Assembly (NCBI GenBank): GCA_004524535.1
Contig: SDNY01000019.1
Location: 1-40,427, forward strand
Reading direction: 5' to 3'
DNA: 40,427 nt
Source: Promethearchaeota archaeon
Lineage (GTDB): Archaea > Asgardarchaeota > Lokiarchaeia > Sigyniarchaeales > SOKP01
A program made the translations under genes and the position numbers. The notes beneath the pieces are model-generated. The model worked only from the letters and a program-made list of their open reading frames with translations. It searched no databases and was not told the origin of the DNA. Below, piece by piece: positions 38,750 through 40,427 of the stretch. Within the stretch, counting starts at the first letter, position 1. Every line of letters begins with the position of its first letter.

Positions 38750-39577
38750 ATGGACTTAACTGAAACTTTAAACATCAATAAAGATAGAGTAATTCCATCA
38801 GAGTTTATATTAAATGAAATTCAAAATAGTAAAAATTTACAATATATACTCCCTTTAGGTTTAAAAACTTTTGATAAATCAATTTTGAATAGAGGATTTC
38901 ATCCTAATAAAAAATATCTTATTTTTGGAGTTAATAAATCTGGAAAAACTCAATTTTGTTATCAAATTTGCGTTCAAGCGTTTAAGCTTTTTTCAAAAGA
39001 GTTAGGTTATTCAAAAAAAGAAAATATTAAATTTACCTATTATCTTGATACAGAGAATACTTTTAGACCAGAGAGAATAAAACAAATCGCAATAGCAATG
39101 AATTTGGATTATTTTAAGATATTCAAAAGCGTAGATGTGGCAAAAATAATGAGTAATTATGCTTTACTGCTAAAATTAAAAGAAATAGAAGAACAAGAAC
39201 AATTACAGAATGTAAGAGTGCTTATAATCGATTCAATCAATAAATATTATAGATCTGAACAAGGAAATAAAGAAATTTCATATTATAATACTAGAAAAAC
39301 TTTTTTAAAAATTTTAAAAATAATTGACGATCTTACTGAGAAATTTAACTTGATCACTATAATAACAGCTCAAGTAGCTCCAAATTTTATTGATGACGCA
39401 ATCATTAGAGATATGCCCGTAGGAAATCAGTATTTAAATCATTTTTTCTCAGAATACTTATATTTAAGTCTTAAAGCTGATAAAAACTATATTCATCTTC
39501 TTAATTCGCAATTGCTCCCTGAGAATAAAGTGTCTTTTAAAATTACAACTAATGGAATTGAAGATCTTAAGATTTAG
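38750..39577 (+). CDS. RadA/Rad51 paralog lacking the N-terminal HhH domain
   Basis: FGVNKSGKTQ, YLDTENTFRPERIKQIA, LIIDS and TAQV. Confidence 0.82.
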   Translation: MDLTETLNINKDRVIPSEFILNEIQNSKNLQYILPLGLKTFDKSILNRGFHPNKKYLIFGVNKSGKTQFCYQICVQAFKLFSKELGYSKKENIKFTYYLDTENTFRPERIKQIAIAMNLDYFKIFKSVDVAKIMSNYALLLKLKEIEEQEQLQNVRVLIIDSINKYYRSEQGNKEISYYNTRKTFLKILKIIDDLTEKFNLITIITAQVAPNFIDDAIIRDMPVGNQYLNHFFSEYLYLSLKADKNYIHLLNSQLLPENKVSFKITTNGIEDLKI

Positions 39578-39586
39578 TAAAATAAA

Positions 39587-40417
39587 TTATTCAAGTATCA
39601 ATTTCTTAAACTCTTCTATCGAAATATATTTGAATTTCTCAGATATAACCTTGGAATTAACAAAATAAATCTCATTTTTAATTTTTTTTATAAACATCAA
39701 AATCAATTCTACCGCATATTGTAGTTTTTTAAGTTTGATTGGATTAGCCTTTTGATTATCTGTCATTTCTGGCTTAGAATATTTACCTATATTTTCTCCA
39801 AAATCCATTCCAATAAGAAATATATTTTGCTCTGGTAGAAGTAATGATCGCAAAAAATATAGAATTCTATCTCCATCTGTGAATCCACCGGCAGTAATTA
39901 TATTATTCAAAGACTTTACTTGAGCTGTACCAATAATCTTCTCAAAATTTAATATATCTTCTTCAAATTCTCTAATCTTATCCATATTATCTCCATGAGC
40001 ATGAATTACAACAAAATCAGAATAATTAAATTCGCTCTTAGTAATCCCATCTAAATCTGTGAAGATAGCATCAATGGGAATCCCTATCTCTTTTAATAAA
40101 ACAGAGGCACCATCAGCAGCTAAATTAACGTAATTATTAAACAATTTTATTCCTTTTTCTCTCATTAAATTTTTTACAGTGCTTTCCAGAGATGGGCCGC
40201 ATCCGTAAATTAATATAGAAGATTTACTCTGAATAGCATTTTTAAAAGAATTTAACGTCGTTTCAAGGTTCCAGTTCATACCTTTTTTGCTTAGTATTTC
40301 TGATAATAAATCACGTGCTTTATAATCTTTTTTCACATCGAATTTGAAATCTTTAATAATTTTTCGATACCAATGCTTAAATTCAGAGTAATAGTCAACT
40401 TGTTCCTTAAGAGTCAA
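39587..40417 (-). CDS. mptE: 6-hydroxymethyl-7,8-dihydropterin pyrophosphokinase MptE-like (DUF115)
   Basis: GCGPSL, AADGA, TDLDG, HAHGDN, GGFTDGDR and GMDFG. Confidence 0.85.
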   Translation of the reverse strand: MTLKEQVDYYSEFKHWYRKIIKDFKFDVKKDYKARDLLSEILSKKGMNWNLETTLNSFKNAIQSKSSILIYGCGPSLESTVKNLMREKGIKLFNNYVNLAADGASVLLKEIGIPIDAIFTDLDGITKSEFNYSDFVVIHAHGDNMDKIREFEEDILNFEKIIGTAQVKSLNNIITAGGFTDGDRILYFLRSLLLPEQNIFLIGMDFGENIGKYSKPEMTDNQKANPIKLKKLQYAVELILMFIKKIKNEIYFVNSKVISEKFKYISIEEFKKLILE

Positions 40418-40427
40418 TATCTTTTAA

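Overview
AT-rich chromosomal window, most likely from an Asgard archaeon of the Lokiarchaeia. This is inferred from ribophorin I, longin/roadblock and V4R proteins, LRR proteins with a shared conserved N-terminus, and archaeal-type LeuRS, MetAP2, Trm1, MptE and tRNA-Gln. It carries about 36 CDS covering translation and RNA modification, glycosylation and protein translocation, two RecA/RadA paralogs and a TFEbeta/RPC34-like factor, plus two small mosaic islands that each carry an LRR gene. Top finding: a Sec61beta (secG) gene missed by the ORF track (16049-16302, minus strand) is interrupted by a 32-nt insertion. The insertion folds with its flanks into a canonical bulge-helix-bulge (BHB) motif, and cutting at the standard BHB positions restores the frame and the conserved GAGL-M-RFFED motif exactly. 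This is a candidate tRNA-type mRNA intron in a translocon gene. A tRNA-Gln 2.7 kb away has a similarly built 30-nt intron at a non-canonical position. All calls are by eye, without database searches.
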